From positions 1 through 45,467 of the forward strand of contig DIRK01000043.1 in NCBI GenBank assembly GCA_002427535.1: a stretch of DNA of 45,467 nt, read 5' to 3'. This DNA is from Mageeibacillus sp. UBA5438. Lineage in GTDB: Bacteria; Bacillota; Clostridia; Saccharofermentanales; DTU023. Within the stretch, counting starts at the first letter, position 1. Every line of letters starts with the position of its first letter. Positions 7,830-16,572 of the stretch are shown here, one piece after another. The notes beneath the pieces were generated by a model. It had not been told where the DNA came from. It worked only from the letters and a program-made list of their open reading frames with translations, and did no database searches. The position numbers and the translations under genes were made by a program.

Positions 7830-9200
7830 ATGCTCGGTGCCATTGTCGGAGATATTGTCGGTTCACGTTTTGAATCTAATCCGCATAAATCAAAAGACTT
7901 CGAGCTGTTCACAGACGAATGTCGTTTCACCGACGACAGTGTCATGACGCTTGCGGTTGCCAGGGCTGTGCTCGAGGCCAAGTCCTATTTTCCCGAAATC
8001 GACATTTTGAATGTGGCCGATTTTCAGGAAGCCTTGGCCGATCTTGCCGAAGCATCCATGCAGGAACTGGGACGTAACTATCCCGATGTCGGCTACGGCG
8101 AAATGTTCCGGCGGTGGATCATGAGCGATCATCCTTATCCTTACCAAAGCTACGGCAACGGAGGGGCCATGCGCGTCAGCCCTATCGCGTATCTCGGCTA
8201 TAACGAATGGGAAGCCGTCCAAATGGCCGAGACGGTCACGGAACTCACCCACAACCACGAAGAGAGCCTCCGGGCCGCGGACGCTGTCACCGTCGCCGTT
8301 GCCATGGCGTTGCGGGGCGCGACCCGGCGCGAGATCAAAGAACAGATGGTCATCCAGTACCACCCCTTGGATTTCAAGATCGACGACATCCGGGAAGGCT
8401 ATACCTTGAGTGTCAGAAGCAGCGAGTCGGTCCCTCAGGCGATCCAGTGTTTTCTTGAATCAACCTCCTTTGAGGACGCCATCCGAAACGCCGTGTCATT
8501 AGGCGGGGACAGTGACACCCTGGCCTCGATCGCCGGCGCAATCGCGGGCGCCTACTACGGTGTACCGCCCTTGATTCGAAAGAAAGCCTTAAGCTACTTA
8601 GATGAAACCCTTTTAGCCATTGTGAAGGCCTGGGAGGAAATATTTCCACCTAAGGGAGAAGCCTTTCAAGTCCTGACTAAATACCTAGGGAAAATGGACT
8701 CCTGCGAAGGCAAGGCGCGCGAACAGATGCTAAGCGATATGACAGAAGAGCTGTCTCATTTTCCCGAACAGCTAAGGCAATGGCTGCGTCGGCTAAAAGA
8801 CCTCGACTGGCAGCCGCATCACAGAACCTTCCTATCTTTGAAACTGAAGAGCACCCTTGCCCTGGGAGACCAAGAGTATATCCGTGAGCTCCGGTTCACA
8901 GATCAGGGGATGACGCTTGAAAAGGATTGTTTCGGGGATAAACAGAACCCGGACTGTCAACCGATCCATTACAGTCTTAAAGAAGCGCAGTTATTTCAAG
9001 AACATCTCCTAGCGCTCCACATCGAGTATTGGAGTCCGTATTATAATGGGCGGGCAATAGACGGCAGAACCTGGACACTTGATGTGTACTATTCCGATGG
9101 CTTTCGGGCGCAATACCAAGGTGTGAGCGCTTATCCTGAGAATTGGAACGATTTGCTTCGACTGCTTCAGGTTAAGTTTAATGAAGAGGACGATTATTAA
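7830..9200 (+). CDS. ADP-ribosylglycohydrolase family protein with an unknown ~180-aa C-terminal domain
   Basis: ARH motifs are present: GAIVGDIVGSRFE, FTDDSVMTLAVA, YGNGGAMRVSPIAY and LGGDSDTLASIAGAIAGAYYG within aa 1-275. I do not recognise the domain spanning aa 276-456. Confidence 0.8.
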   Translation: MLGAIVGDIVGSRFESNPHKSKDFELFTDECRFTDDSVMTLAVARAVLEAKSYFPEIDILNVADFQEALADLAEASMQELGRNYPDVGYGEMFRRWIMSDHPYPYQSYGNGGAMRVSPIAYLGYNEWEAVQMAETVTELTHNHEESLRAADAVTVAVAMALRGATRREIKEQMVIQYHPLDFKIDDIREGYTLSVRSSESVPQAIQCFLESTSFEDAIRNAVSLGGDSDTLASIAGAIAGAYYGVPPLIRKKALSYLDETLLAIVKAWEEIFPPKGEAFQVLTKYLGKMDSCEGKAREQMLSDMTEELSHFPEQLRQWLRRLKDLDWQPHHRTFLSLKLKSTLALGDQEYIRELRFTDQGMTLEKDCFGDKQNPDCQPIHYSLKEAQLFQEHLLALHIEYWSPYYNGRAIDGRTWTLDVYYSDGFRAQYQGVSAYPENWNDLLRLLQVKFNEEDDY

Positions 9201-9544
9201 TGGCAAAGTATGAGCGCGCCCTTGTGGGCGATTTTAATCATTTTTTAGATCATTTGCACCAAAGCATCACGCGGGGGAGCCTCTCCGCGTCTTACGAAGA
9301 CGGAAGTGATTTTTACAGAGGGGGTGTCCGCGTTGCCTTTCGCGTTTACGAGCGTTACAGCTGGTTTGGAAGTAATCGCGTCAGCCTGGCCGTCACCCTC
9401 GTCGGAGAGGGTGCGAACCTCCAGGTGTCCGCCATAACGGCGGGCGGAAGTCAGGCGGTGTTATTCAAAATTAACACCTTCGGTGAAAGCGCTTTCCTCG
9501 ATCGCTTCATCGATTCGGTGGAGCGCTATATCAATAGACGATGA
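9200..9544 (+). CDS. small DUF6054-like hypothetical protein
   Basis: 114 aa. The ATG overlaps the upstream stop (TAATG). The assignment rests on remembered family similarity only (YERYSWFGSNRVSLAVTL..SAITAGGSQAVLFKINTFGE). Confidence 0.55.
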   Translation: MAKYERALVGDFNHFLDHLHQSITRGSLSASYEDGSDFYRGGVRVAFRVYERYSWFGSNRVSLAVTLVGEGANLQVSAITAGGSQAVLFKINTFGESAFLDRFIDSVERYINRR

Positions 9545-9575
9545 ACGCCGTGGGCGATTGTTCACAGTTTGTTTG

Positions 9576-9605
9576 TTGACCCCGTCACGTGAGGACCTGT
9601 AATAT
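9576..9605 (+). promoter_or_regulatory. candidate sigma-A promoter for the acyl-CoA ligase gene
   Basis: TTGACC, 18-nt spacer (containing the palindrome TCACGTGA), TAATAT. It lies about 40 nt upstream of the ATG at 9646. Confidence 0.45.
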
Positions 9606-9645
9606 ATCCGAATAGCAAGAAATAGATGTGTAGGAGGTCGGCTCG

Positions 9646-11427
9646 ATGAGTCAGAATATTTACAAATACCCTCTCGATGAGGTGCGCGAGATCCGAGATC
9701 TTCGCGATATGCTCGAACAAAGTGAAAAATTGTACGGCGACAAAGCGGCCTACATGATCAAGGACCCGATTGCCGCAAGGCAGATCGCGCCTCGATCCGA
9801 GGAAGCTCTGAACCTGAAAATCGATCACAAAAGACCGTACAAAACCGTGAGCTACAAACAGTACGCTCAAGATGTCAGAGCTTTGGGAACTGCCTTGAAA
9901 AACAGGGGCGTCAATGAGAAGAGCCGCGTCGCCATCTTGGCGGAGACGCGTTATGAATGGTATGTCACCTACATGGCCGTGGTGAACGGCCTTGCCGTCG
10001 TGGTGCCGCTTGACAAAGAACAGCCACCCAATGAGATTGTGAACCTCGTGAACAGCGCTGAAGTCGATGTCCTTTTCTTCTCGCAAAGTAAAAAAGAGGC
10101 GGTCGACAGCATCCGGGGCGAGATCCCGAGCGTTCAACATTATGTCGGCTTTGATGTCCCGGAAGAAGGCGAGAGCGATGTTTACTTCTGGGATCTTTTG
10201 GCAGAAGGAGAAAAGCAGCGTGAAGCAGGCGATCTTTCTTACGACACGCTCCCCATCGACCCCCAAGCCATGCAGATCCTGCTTTTTACCTCAGGCACCA
10301 CCTCGACGCCCAAAGCCGTCATGTTAAGTCACAAGAACATCTGCAAGAACCTGATGGGCATGTGCCAAATGGTCTACATCGGACCGGACGACGTGTTCTT
10401 GTCGGTGTTGCCCTTGCACCACACCTATCAGTGTACCTGCGGATATCTGTGCCAACTGTACCGCGGCTGTACCGTGGCGGTCTGCGAGGGACTGCGCTAC
10501 ATCGTGCCCAATATGCAAGAGGCCAAACCGACCATGGTCTTGGTGGTCCCCCTCATGATGGAAGCCTTCCATCGCGGGATCATGAAGAAGGTCAAAAGCG
10601 ACGCGAAACTCGAAAAGAAATTCATGTTCGGCATGAAGCTGACCCGCGGACTTCGTAAAGTGGGCATCGATCTTAGAAGAAAAATCTTTGATTCCGTCCA
10701 CGAAAACTTCGGCGGCAACCTTCGGATGCTCATCGCCGGAGGTGCAGCCATTGCACCTGAACTTTTAAAAGACATGCAGGATCTGGGATTCAACTGCCTG
10801 CAAGGCTACGGTCTGACCGAATGCGCGCCTATCCTGGCCTTAAACCGCACCCACCATTACAACAACCGTTCGGCGGGTTTGGCGCTTCCGGGCGTGGACA
10901 TCAAGATCCTGGATCCCGACGAAAACGGCATCGGTGAAATTGCGGGACGCGGCGACAATGTCATGCTCGGTTACTACAAAAATGAAAAGGCCACAAAAGA
11001 CGTCATTGACGAAGACGGCTTCTTCCACACCGGTGACTACGGCTACTTGGATAAGGACCAATTCGTCATCATCACGGGGCGCAAGGCCAACATAATCGTT
11101 ACCAAGAACGGCAAGAACGTCTTCCCAGAAGAAATTGAATTTCTCCTGACTCAGCACCCCCTGATCGCGGAAGCCGTTGTGTCGGGGCAGGCAAGAAAAG
11201 ACGGGGACACCCTGATCCACGCGGAAATTTTCCCTGACCGTGACAGCGTTGACGAGGATCCCGGGTTGAAGGGACTGCTGCTCACGGATGCGCGCGTCAA
11301 AGAAAAAGTGAACGCCGTTGTAAAGGAAGTCAATCAGGGCCTAGTCCACTACAAAACAGTACGCACCATTTCTCTGCGTGACACGGAATTTCCGAAAACC
11401 ACCGCGAAAAAGATTATTCGCCACTGA
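9646..11427 (+). CDS. AMP-dependent synthetase / long-chain-fatty-acid--CoA ligase
   Basis: AMP-binding motif LFTSGTTSTPKAVMLSHKN, plus GYGLTE and TGDYGYLDKDQFVIITGRKANIIV. AGGAGG SD precedes the ATG. Confidence 0.85.
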   Translation: MSQNIYKYPLDEVREIRDLRDMLEQSEKLYGDKAAYMIKDPIAARQIAPRSEEALNLKIDHKRPYKTVSYKQYAQDVRALGTALKNRGVNEKSRVAILAETRYEWYVTYMAVVNGLAVVVPLDKEQPPNEIVNLVNSAEVDVLFFSQSKKEAVDSIRGEIPSVQHYVGFDVPEEGESDVYFWDLLAEGEKQREAGDLSYDTLPIDPQAMQILLFTSGTTSTPKAVMLSHKNICKNLMGMCQMVYIGPDDVFLSVLPLHHTYQCTCGYLCQLYRGCTVAVCEGLRYIVPNMQEAKPTMVLVVPLMMEAFHRGIMKKVKSDAKLEKKFMFGMKLTRGLRKVGIDLRRKIFDSVHENFGGNLRMLIAGGAAIAPELLKDMQDLGFNCLQGYGLTECAPILALNRTHHYNNRSAGLALPGVDIKILDPDENGIGEIAGRGDNVMLGYYKNEKATKDVIDEDGFFHTGDYGYLDKDQFVIITGRKANIIVTKNGKNVFPEEIEFLLTQHPLIAEAVVSGQARKDGDTLIHAEIFPDRDSVDEDPGLKGLLLTDARVKEKVNAVVKEVNQGLVHYKTVRTISLRDTEFPKTTAKKIIRH

Positions 11428-11452
11428 TCTGAATTTGAACCATGAAGAAGTG

Positions 11453-11490
11453 AAAAACCCCCGCTCATTTGAAAGCGAGGGTTTTCATTT
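11453..11490. terminator. bidirectional intrinsic terminator between convergent genes
   Basis: AAAAA-CCCCCGC-loop-GCGAGGG-TTTTCATTTT. A 7-bp GC stem (one C.A mismatch) is flanked by an A run and a T run, located between the acyl-CoA ligase and glnS stops. Confidence 0.6.
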
Positions 11491-13230
11491 TTACGGTTTA
11501 TAGGAATCCTTGAGCGGCACCGATCGGTTGAACACAAGGTGATCTTCACGATTATCTTGGCTGTCATGGATAAAATAGCCAAGGCGCATGAACTGGTAAC
11601 CGACTAAAGAGCGGTCATCCAAAAGCCAAGGCTCAACAAATGCCTGAATCGCTTGAAGCGAATCAGGGTTCAACAGCTCATGGTAATCGCCCTCGTCTTC
11701 ATCAGGCGCTTCCACGGTAAACAGGTGATCATACAGGCGGACTTCAGCGGGGATCGCTGTTTCTTCATCAAGCCAGTGAATCGTCCCGCGTACTTTTTGG
11801 CCCTCGCGCGCCGTACCGCCCTTGGTTTCAGGATCGTACTCTGCCAATACCTCAATGACATTGCCCGCTTCATCCTTCTTACAGCCGGTGCAGTGGACAA
11901 TGTAGGCACCGCGCAGACGCACGTGGTTTCCGGGATAGAGCCTATGGTATTTTTTCGGGGGATCTTCCTCAAAATCCTCACGTTCAATCAAGAGATGACG
12001 TGAGAATGTAATGTCATGCGTACCGGCATCCTCCTGGCCGGGGAGATTCGCGACGGTAAAGCGCTCCTCTTGGCCCTCCGGATAGTTGGTAATCGTGAGT
12101 TTCACAGGATCAAGCACCGCCATCGCACGCGGCGCGCGCTCGTTCAGATCTTCCCTTAAGCAGTGTTCAAGGAAGCGGATATCGACCATGCTCGGAACTT
12201 TTGAGACGCCGTTCCTTTCGGTGAAGTCACGGATAGCACGGGGCGTATAGCCTCTTCGCCTAAGCCCGCAAAGCGTCGGCAATCGGGGATCGTCCCAGCC
12301 GTCGACAAGGCCTTCTTCGACCAAGCTTCGAAGCTTTCTTTTACTCATGACCGTGTAACTGATGTCAAGGCGCGCAAACTCGATCTGACGAGGTTTCGCA
12401 GGGAGCGTCACATGGCTGACCACCCAGTCATAAAGCGGGCGATGATCCTCAAATTCTAAAGAGCATAATGAATGCGTGATGCCTTCTAACGCGTCATTGA
12501 TGGGGTGGGCAAAATCGTACATGGGGTAGATGCACCAGTCGTCTCCCGTTCTGTGATGGTGCGAAAACTGGATGCGGTAGATGACAGGGTCGCGCAGATT
12601 CATATTGCCCGATTCCATGTCAATCTTTGCCCGGAGCGTATAGCGACCTTCCGGGAACTCGCCTTGGCGCATACGGCGGAAAAGGTCGAGACTTTCTTCT
12701 TTCGGCCGATCTCGCCAGGGGCTGTTTTTGCCCGGCGTTGTCAAAGTACCGCGGTATTCTCTTACTTCCTCCGCGGTCTGTTCGCAGACAAAGGCAAAGC
12801 CCTTTTCAATCAATTCCTCCGCGCCCTCATAGATCTCTTCGAAAAAATCGGAGGCGTGGAAAAAACGCTCCTCCCAGTCATAACCGAGCCAGTGAATATC
12901 GTCCTTGATGGCGCGTACAAAGGCCTCATCTTCTTTGACGGGATTCGTATCGTCCATGCGGAGATTGCACAGCCCGTTGAAGATCTTGGCCATGCCAAAG
13001 TCAATGACAATGGCTTTTGCGTGACCGATGTGAAGAAAGCCGTTGGGTTCGGGTGGAAAGCGTGTGTGGACAGACAGTCCATCGTAACGGCCACCGGGAC
13101 CCATGTCCTCCTCGATCATGTCGCGTATGAAATGGTTGATTTCGTTATCGGTGGTGACCTCTTCTTCAGGGGTGACACCGTATACCACACCGGGTATGCG
13201 CGTGTTTTTGTCTTCTCTATCGTGATTCAT
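11491..13230 (-). CDS. glnS: glutamine--tRNA ligase
   Basis: Class I HIGH (PEPNGFLHIGHAKA) and KMSKS-like (VMSKRKL) motifs. 579 aa with GlnRS-type C-terminal anticodon-binding beta-barrels. Confidence 0.9.
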   Translation of the reverse strand: MNHDREDKNTRIPGVVYGVTPEEEVTTDNEINHFIRDMIEEDMGPGGRYDGLSVHTRFPPEPNGFLHIGHAKAIVIDFGMAKIFNGLCNLRMDDTNPVKEDEAFVRAIKDDIHWLGYDWEERFFHASDFFEEIYEGAEELIEKGFAFVCEQTAEEVREYRGTLTTPGKNSPWRDRPKEESLDLFRRMRQGEFPEGRYTLRAKIDMESGNMNLRDPVIYRIQFSHHHRTGDDWCIYPMYDFAHPINDALEGITHSLCSLEFEDHRPLYDWVVSHVTLPAKPRQIEFARLDISYTVMSKRKLRSLVEEGLVDGWDDPRLPTLCGLRRRGYTPRAIRDFTERNGVSKVPSMVDIRFLEHCLREDLNERAPRAMAVLDPVKLTITNYPEGQEERFTVANLPGQEDAGTHDITFSRHLLIEREDFEEDPPKKYHRLYPGNHVRLRGAYIVHCTGCKKDEAGNVIEVLAEYDPETKGGTAREGQKVRGTIHWLDEETAIPAEVRLYDHLFTVEAPDEDEGDYHELLNPDSLQAIQAFVEPWLLDDRSLVGYQFMRLGYFIHDSQDNREDHLVFNRSVPLKDSYKP

Positions 13231-13233
13231 GCA

Positions 13234-14691
13234 TTAAGCCTCTCTTAAATATTGAATGGCTCGATCAAGGCGTGACAATGATTCCGCTTGACCCAGTATG
13301 ACCGCTGTTTCGACGGCGCCTCCGGGGGTTACCTGTTGGGCGGCAAGTCCCGCTCGCAAAGCACCCATGACAAGCCCTTTTTTCAACCCCAATTGTTCTC
13401 CTGCTTCTTCCAACGTTTGCAAGAGGACCGTATCGGTCCAGCCCTCCACCTTCGAAAGAAATGGGATAAGCGCGGTTAAAATTCCTTCGGCCTTTTCGGC
13501 GTCGAGTTTTGCGCGTTTATTGAAAAATAGTTCGCGAGACAAGGGCAGGCGCTGGGTCAAAAACGAGATCATCGCTTCGATATCGGAGAGTTTCGTCACG
13601 CGAGGCTGTAGGACATGCGCCAGCATATCGAGGTCGTAAGCCTGATCCCCGAAAGCCTTGTCCGTGATGGCTTTGATTTTGTCGCGCCATTCATGAAAAG
13701 GCATGGCCCGGATATACTGCTCATTCATCCAATTCAATTTATCGTAGGAGAAAACCGCCGGTGCCTTGTTGATGCCCTCGACATGAAAAAGTTCCTCGAG
13801 CTCTTTTAAAGAGAAGATCTCGCGCGTCTCATCCCCCGGTGCCCAGCCCAAAAAGGCGATCATGTTGACAATGGCCTCCGCGAGGTAGCCGTCCGCCACA
13901 AGATCGTCAAAGCTTGTCGAGCCGTGGCGCTTGGAAAGTTTCTTCCCGTCCTCGCCAATAATGAGCGGCAAGTGTACAAAATGAGGGATCGGCCAGCCGA
14001 AAGCCTCATATAAAAGACAGTATTTAGGAGTGGAGGAGAGGTATTCAGAGCCTCTCACGATATGGGTGATCTCCATCAGGTGATCGTCGACCACGTTGGC
14101 AAAATTATAGGTCGGATAGCCATCCGACTTTAAAAGAATCTGGTCTTCCAGCTCTTTATTTTGTACGGTGATGGTCCCGTAGACGTCGTCGGTGAAAGAA
14201 GTCTCGCCTGTCATCGGCATTTTTTGCCGGATGACGTAAGACTCTCCGGCGTCGATGCGAAGCTTCGCTTTTTCAGGATCGATGTTCCGGCAGCGCCGGT
14301 CGTAGCCAAACGCGATCGGCCCCTCATCTTCCACAGAGTTTTCCTCTCTTGTGGAAGGGCAAAAGCAGGGATAGGCATGTCTCTTGTGAACGAGTTCATC
14401 GGCGTACTGCCCGTATAAAGGGAGACGCTCGCTTTGGGTATAGGGTCCGTGCGGTCCCCCGATATCCGGCCCTTCATCGTGATTCAATCCGCAGCGTTTC
14501 AATGTGCGGTAAATCACCTCCACCGCGCCCTCGACATAACGCTCGCGATCCGTGTCTTCAATACGAAGAATAAAGGCGCCGCCCTTCGCTTTGGCGATCA
14601 GGTATTCGTACAGTGCCGAACGAAGGTTGCCGATATGCATGATGCCCGTCGGGCTGGGCGCAAAACGTGTTTTTACAAGATTATTGGTCAT
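13234..14691 (-). CDS. gltX: glutamate--tRNA ligase
   Basis: RFAPSPTGIMHIGNLRSALY (HIGH) and KLSKRHG (KMSKS). 485 aa. Its stop lies 3 nt before the glnS ATG. Confidence 0.92.
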   Translation of the reverse strand: MTNNLVKTRFAPSPTGIMHIGNLRSALYEYLIAKAKGGAFILRIEDTDRERYVEGAVEVIYRTLKRCGLNHDEGPDIGGPHGPYTQSERLPLYGQYADELVHKRHAYPCFCPSTREENSVEDEGPIAFGYDRRCRNIDPEKAKLRIDAGESYVIRQKMPMTGETSFTDDVYGTITVQNKELEDQILLKSDGYPTYNFANVVDDHLMEITHIVRGSEYLSSTPKYCLLYEAFGWPIPHFVHLPLIIGEDGKKLSKRHGSTSFDDLVADGYLAEAIVNMIAFLGWAPGDETREIFSLKELEELFHVEGINKAPAVFSYDKLNWMNEQYIRAMPFHEWRDKIKAITDKAFGDQAYDLDMLAHVLQPRVTKLSDIEAMISFLTQRLPLSRELFFNKRAKLDAEKAEGILTALIPFLSKVEGWTDTVLLQTLEEAGEQLGLKKGLVMGALRAGLAAQQVTPGGAVETAVILGQAESLSRLDRAIQYLREA

Positions 14692-14787
14692 CGATCATAT
14701 CCCTGGATAAAATATTCTTGAACAGCAATCCTGATGATATCATAGAAGCGCAATGATCCTATACAAAATGAGGTTAAATCACTATCA

Positions 14788-15645
14788 ATGTTTGGGTATG
14801 TCAGAATTGAAAAGCCGGATTTGCTGATTCGGGACTTTACCATCTATAAGTCCGTTTACTGTGGTCTGTGCAAGGCCATCGGCCGGCGCGCGGGACAGAT
14901 CCCGCGCGGGGCGGTGACTTATGACATGACCTTTCTTACCCTCTTATTGATGGCGCTATCTGTCGAAGATCCGGGGCTCGACCATGAATCCTGCATTTTG
15001 AATCCTTTTAAAAAGAAACCTGTCATAAAATCGCATCCGATCCTTGACTACACCGCGGATATGTCTTCTCTTCTTGCCTACTATTCGGCCAAAGATGACG
15101 CCCAGGATGACAGGCCCATTAAAGGGCGCGCAATGGCGGCGCTTTTCTCCCGATCCGCCCGACGTGCCCGGCGCCTCTACCCGGAGCTTTCAAAAACGAT
15201 TGCCGATGAACTTACAAGATTGAATGCGATGGAGCCTTATGAAAGCCCCGAAAGGCTTGCCGCCACTTTTGGATTAATCTTGGAAGCACTAATGCGACAA
15301 GGGATTGAGCTGCTCAATCGACACGATGAACCATTTTTTGTGTACGCAGATTTGCTTGAGACGGCTGCCAACGCGCTTGGTCAATGGGTGTATTTGTTAG
15401 ATGCTGTGGACGACCTTGAAGAAGATAAAAGGAAAAAGAATCACAATCCCTTCCTTCGGATGGAACAAGATGAGGCCATGACCCTTGCCAGAACATTGCT
15501 CATCGAACGGGAAGAAACAATCGACCGGCATCTTAGCCTGATTGACTACGAACGCTTCGGCGCGATCGTGTATAATATTGTGACGATAGGTCTGCCCGCC
15601 ACCCGAGAGCGTATTCTCTTGGGGGAAAAACTCCCCGCACTCTAG
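14788..15645 (+). CDS. DUF5685-like hypothetical protein
   Basis: N-terminus MFGYVRIEKPDLLIRDFTIYKSVYCGLCKAIG matches my memory of the DUF5685 family. No enzymatic motif recognised. Confidence 0.55.
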   Translation: MFGYVRIEKPDLLIRDFTIYKSVYCGLCKAIGRRAGQIPRGAVTYDMTFLTLLLMALSVEDPGLDHESCILNPFKKKPVIKSHPILDYTADMSSLLAYYSAKDDAQDDRPIKGRAMAALFSRSARRARRLYPELSKTIADELTRLNAMEPYESPERLAATFGLILEALMRQGIELLNRHDEPFFVYADLLETAANALGQWVYLLDAVDDLEEDKRKKNHNPFLRMEQDEAMTLARTLLIEREETIDRHLSLIDYERFGAIVYNIVTIGLPATRERILLGEKLPAL

Positions 15646-15674
15646 GCGGTCACAAGAAGGAAGGCTTTAAGACA

Positions 15675-16040
15675 ATGAATGGTAACCCATACGAAGTGCT
15701 CGGTGTTCCTTACGGCGCATCGCCTGAGGTGGTCCGCGAGGCCTATCTTGAACTCGTACGAAGATACCATCCCGATCAGTATGAAGATCCCGGCGCGAAA
15801 GAAATGGCCGAGGCCAAAATTCGCGAAATTAACGCGGCCTACGACGCGATTACCTTAGGTAATCAACAGCAGTCAGCCGAGCAAAGACCGCCCTACGGCG
15901 CACCTTTCGGGACCCAGAACCAATCGCCTTATTACCGCTCTTCTCGGGGCGGCTCATCCTGTTGTGAAACTTTGACCTGCCTGTGCTGTGCCGACTCATG
16001 CTGTGAATGCATGGGCGGAGATCTCTGCGTGTGTTGCTGA
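15675..16040 (+). CDS. J-domain protein with a C-terminal cysteine string
   Basis: J domain with HPD (NPYEVLGV...YLELVRRYHPDQ...INAAYDAI), a Q/P/G/Y-rich linker, and the tail CCETLTCLCCADSCCECMGGDLCVCC. Confidence 0.85.
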   Translation: MNGNPYEVLGVPYGASPEVVREAYLELVRRYHPDQYEDPGAKEMAEAKIREINAAYDAITLGNQQQSAEQRPPYGAPFGTQNQSPYYRSSRGGSSCCETLTCLCCADSCCECMGGDLCVCC

Positions 16041-16081
16041 CACCGCGATCCCCTTCCGCTAGAGTCGCTACGGGCGCGCTT

Positions 16082-16570
16082 ATGAGCGCACTTTGCTGGC
16101 TGTTAATTGCGGCCTCGGGAGTCCTCCCGACAGGCCGGTTTTTTGTGTTGACGCTCGCGTCCTTTGTCATCTTAATCGCCTGCCATGAGTTGGGCCTTGG
16201 GGGTGCGTTGTTGGTGTACTTGGCCTCTTCTGTTTTGAGCTTTCTTTGGCCCGGCCTATTCATCGCGGTTATTTTTGTCTCAAGTTTTGGCGCACTGCCC
16301 CTTTTGATCGTATGGCTCCGAGGAAAAATGAAACCTTGGGCCGCAAGGCTCATCGTGCACGCCCTCATGTCCATTTTGATGCTATCGCTCTTATGGGGAG
16401 TGGGTGTGGGGGTCTTATTGCGCATAAAATGGGAAATTTCGGGAACGATCTTGATCGGAATTATATTTTTTTTATTGCAAATTTTTCTTGTGATTTATAT
16501 GTACGCGCTCCAAATGCTCGAACGGCTCTATTTTGAGCGCATGGCGCCCTGGTTGCACAGGAGGCCTTGA
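16082..16570 (+). CDS. polytopic membrane protein, unknown function
   Basis: 4-5 predicted TM helices. The ORF is open from 16007. Alternative starts GTG 16031 / TTG 16034 overlap the J-protein stop. Confidence 0.55.
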   Translation: MSALCWLLIAASGVLPTGRFFVLTLASFVILIACHELGLGGALLVYLASSVLSFLWPGLFIAVIFVSSFGALPLLIVWLRGKMKPWAARLIVHALMSILMLSLLWGVGVGVLLRIKWEISGTILIGIIFFLLQIFLVIYMYALQMLERLYFERMAPWLHRRP

Positions 16571-16572
16571 TT

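Noticed and set aside
9562-10266. 234-aa ORF antisense to the acyl-CoA ligase gene. Similar long antisense ORFs occur at 12505-13248, 19306-20133, 20371-21159, 37777-38685, 40051-40629 and 40788-41504.
   Set aside because: All lie fully inside genes with strong, motif-supported protein identities on the opposite strand. Their products are low-complexity (R/A/G/V-rich) with no SD or motifs. These are typical shadow ORFs of moderately GC-rich coding DNA.
11468-11488. cre-like sequence TGAAAGCGAGGGTTTTCA.
   Set aside because: It is 4 nt too long for the 14-bp cre consensus (TGWAANCGNTNWCA) and forms the 3' arm of the bidirectional terminator.
14692-14787. T-box leader upstream of gltX.
   Set aside because: Only 96 nt are shared with a divergent gene. 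There is no specifier-loop or T-box (AAnnnGGGTGGTACCGCG-like) sequence.
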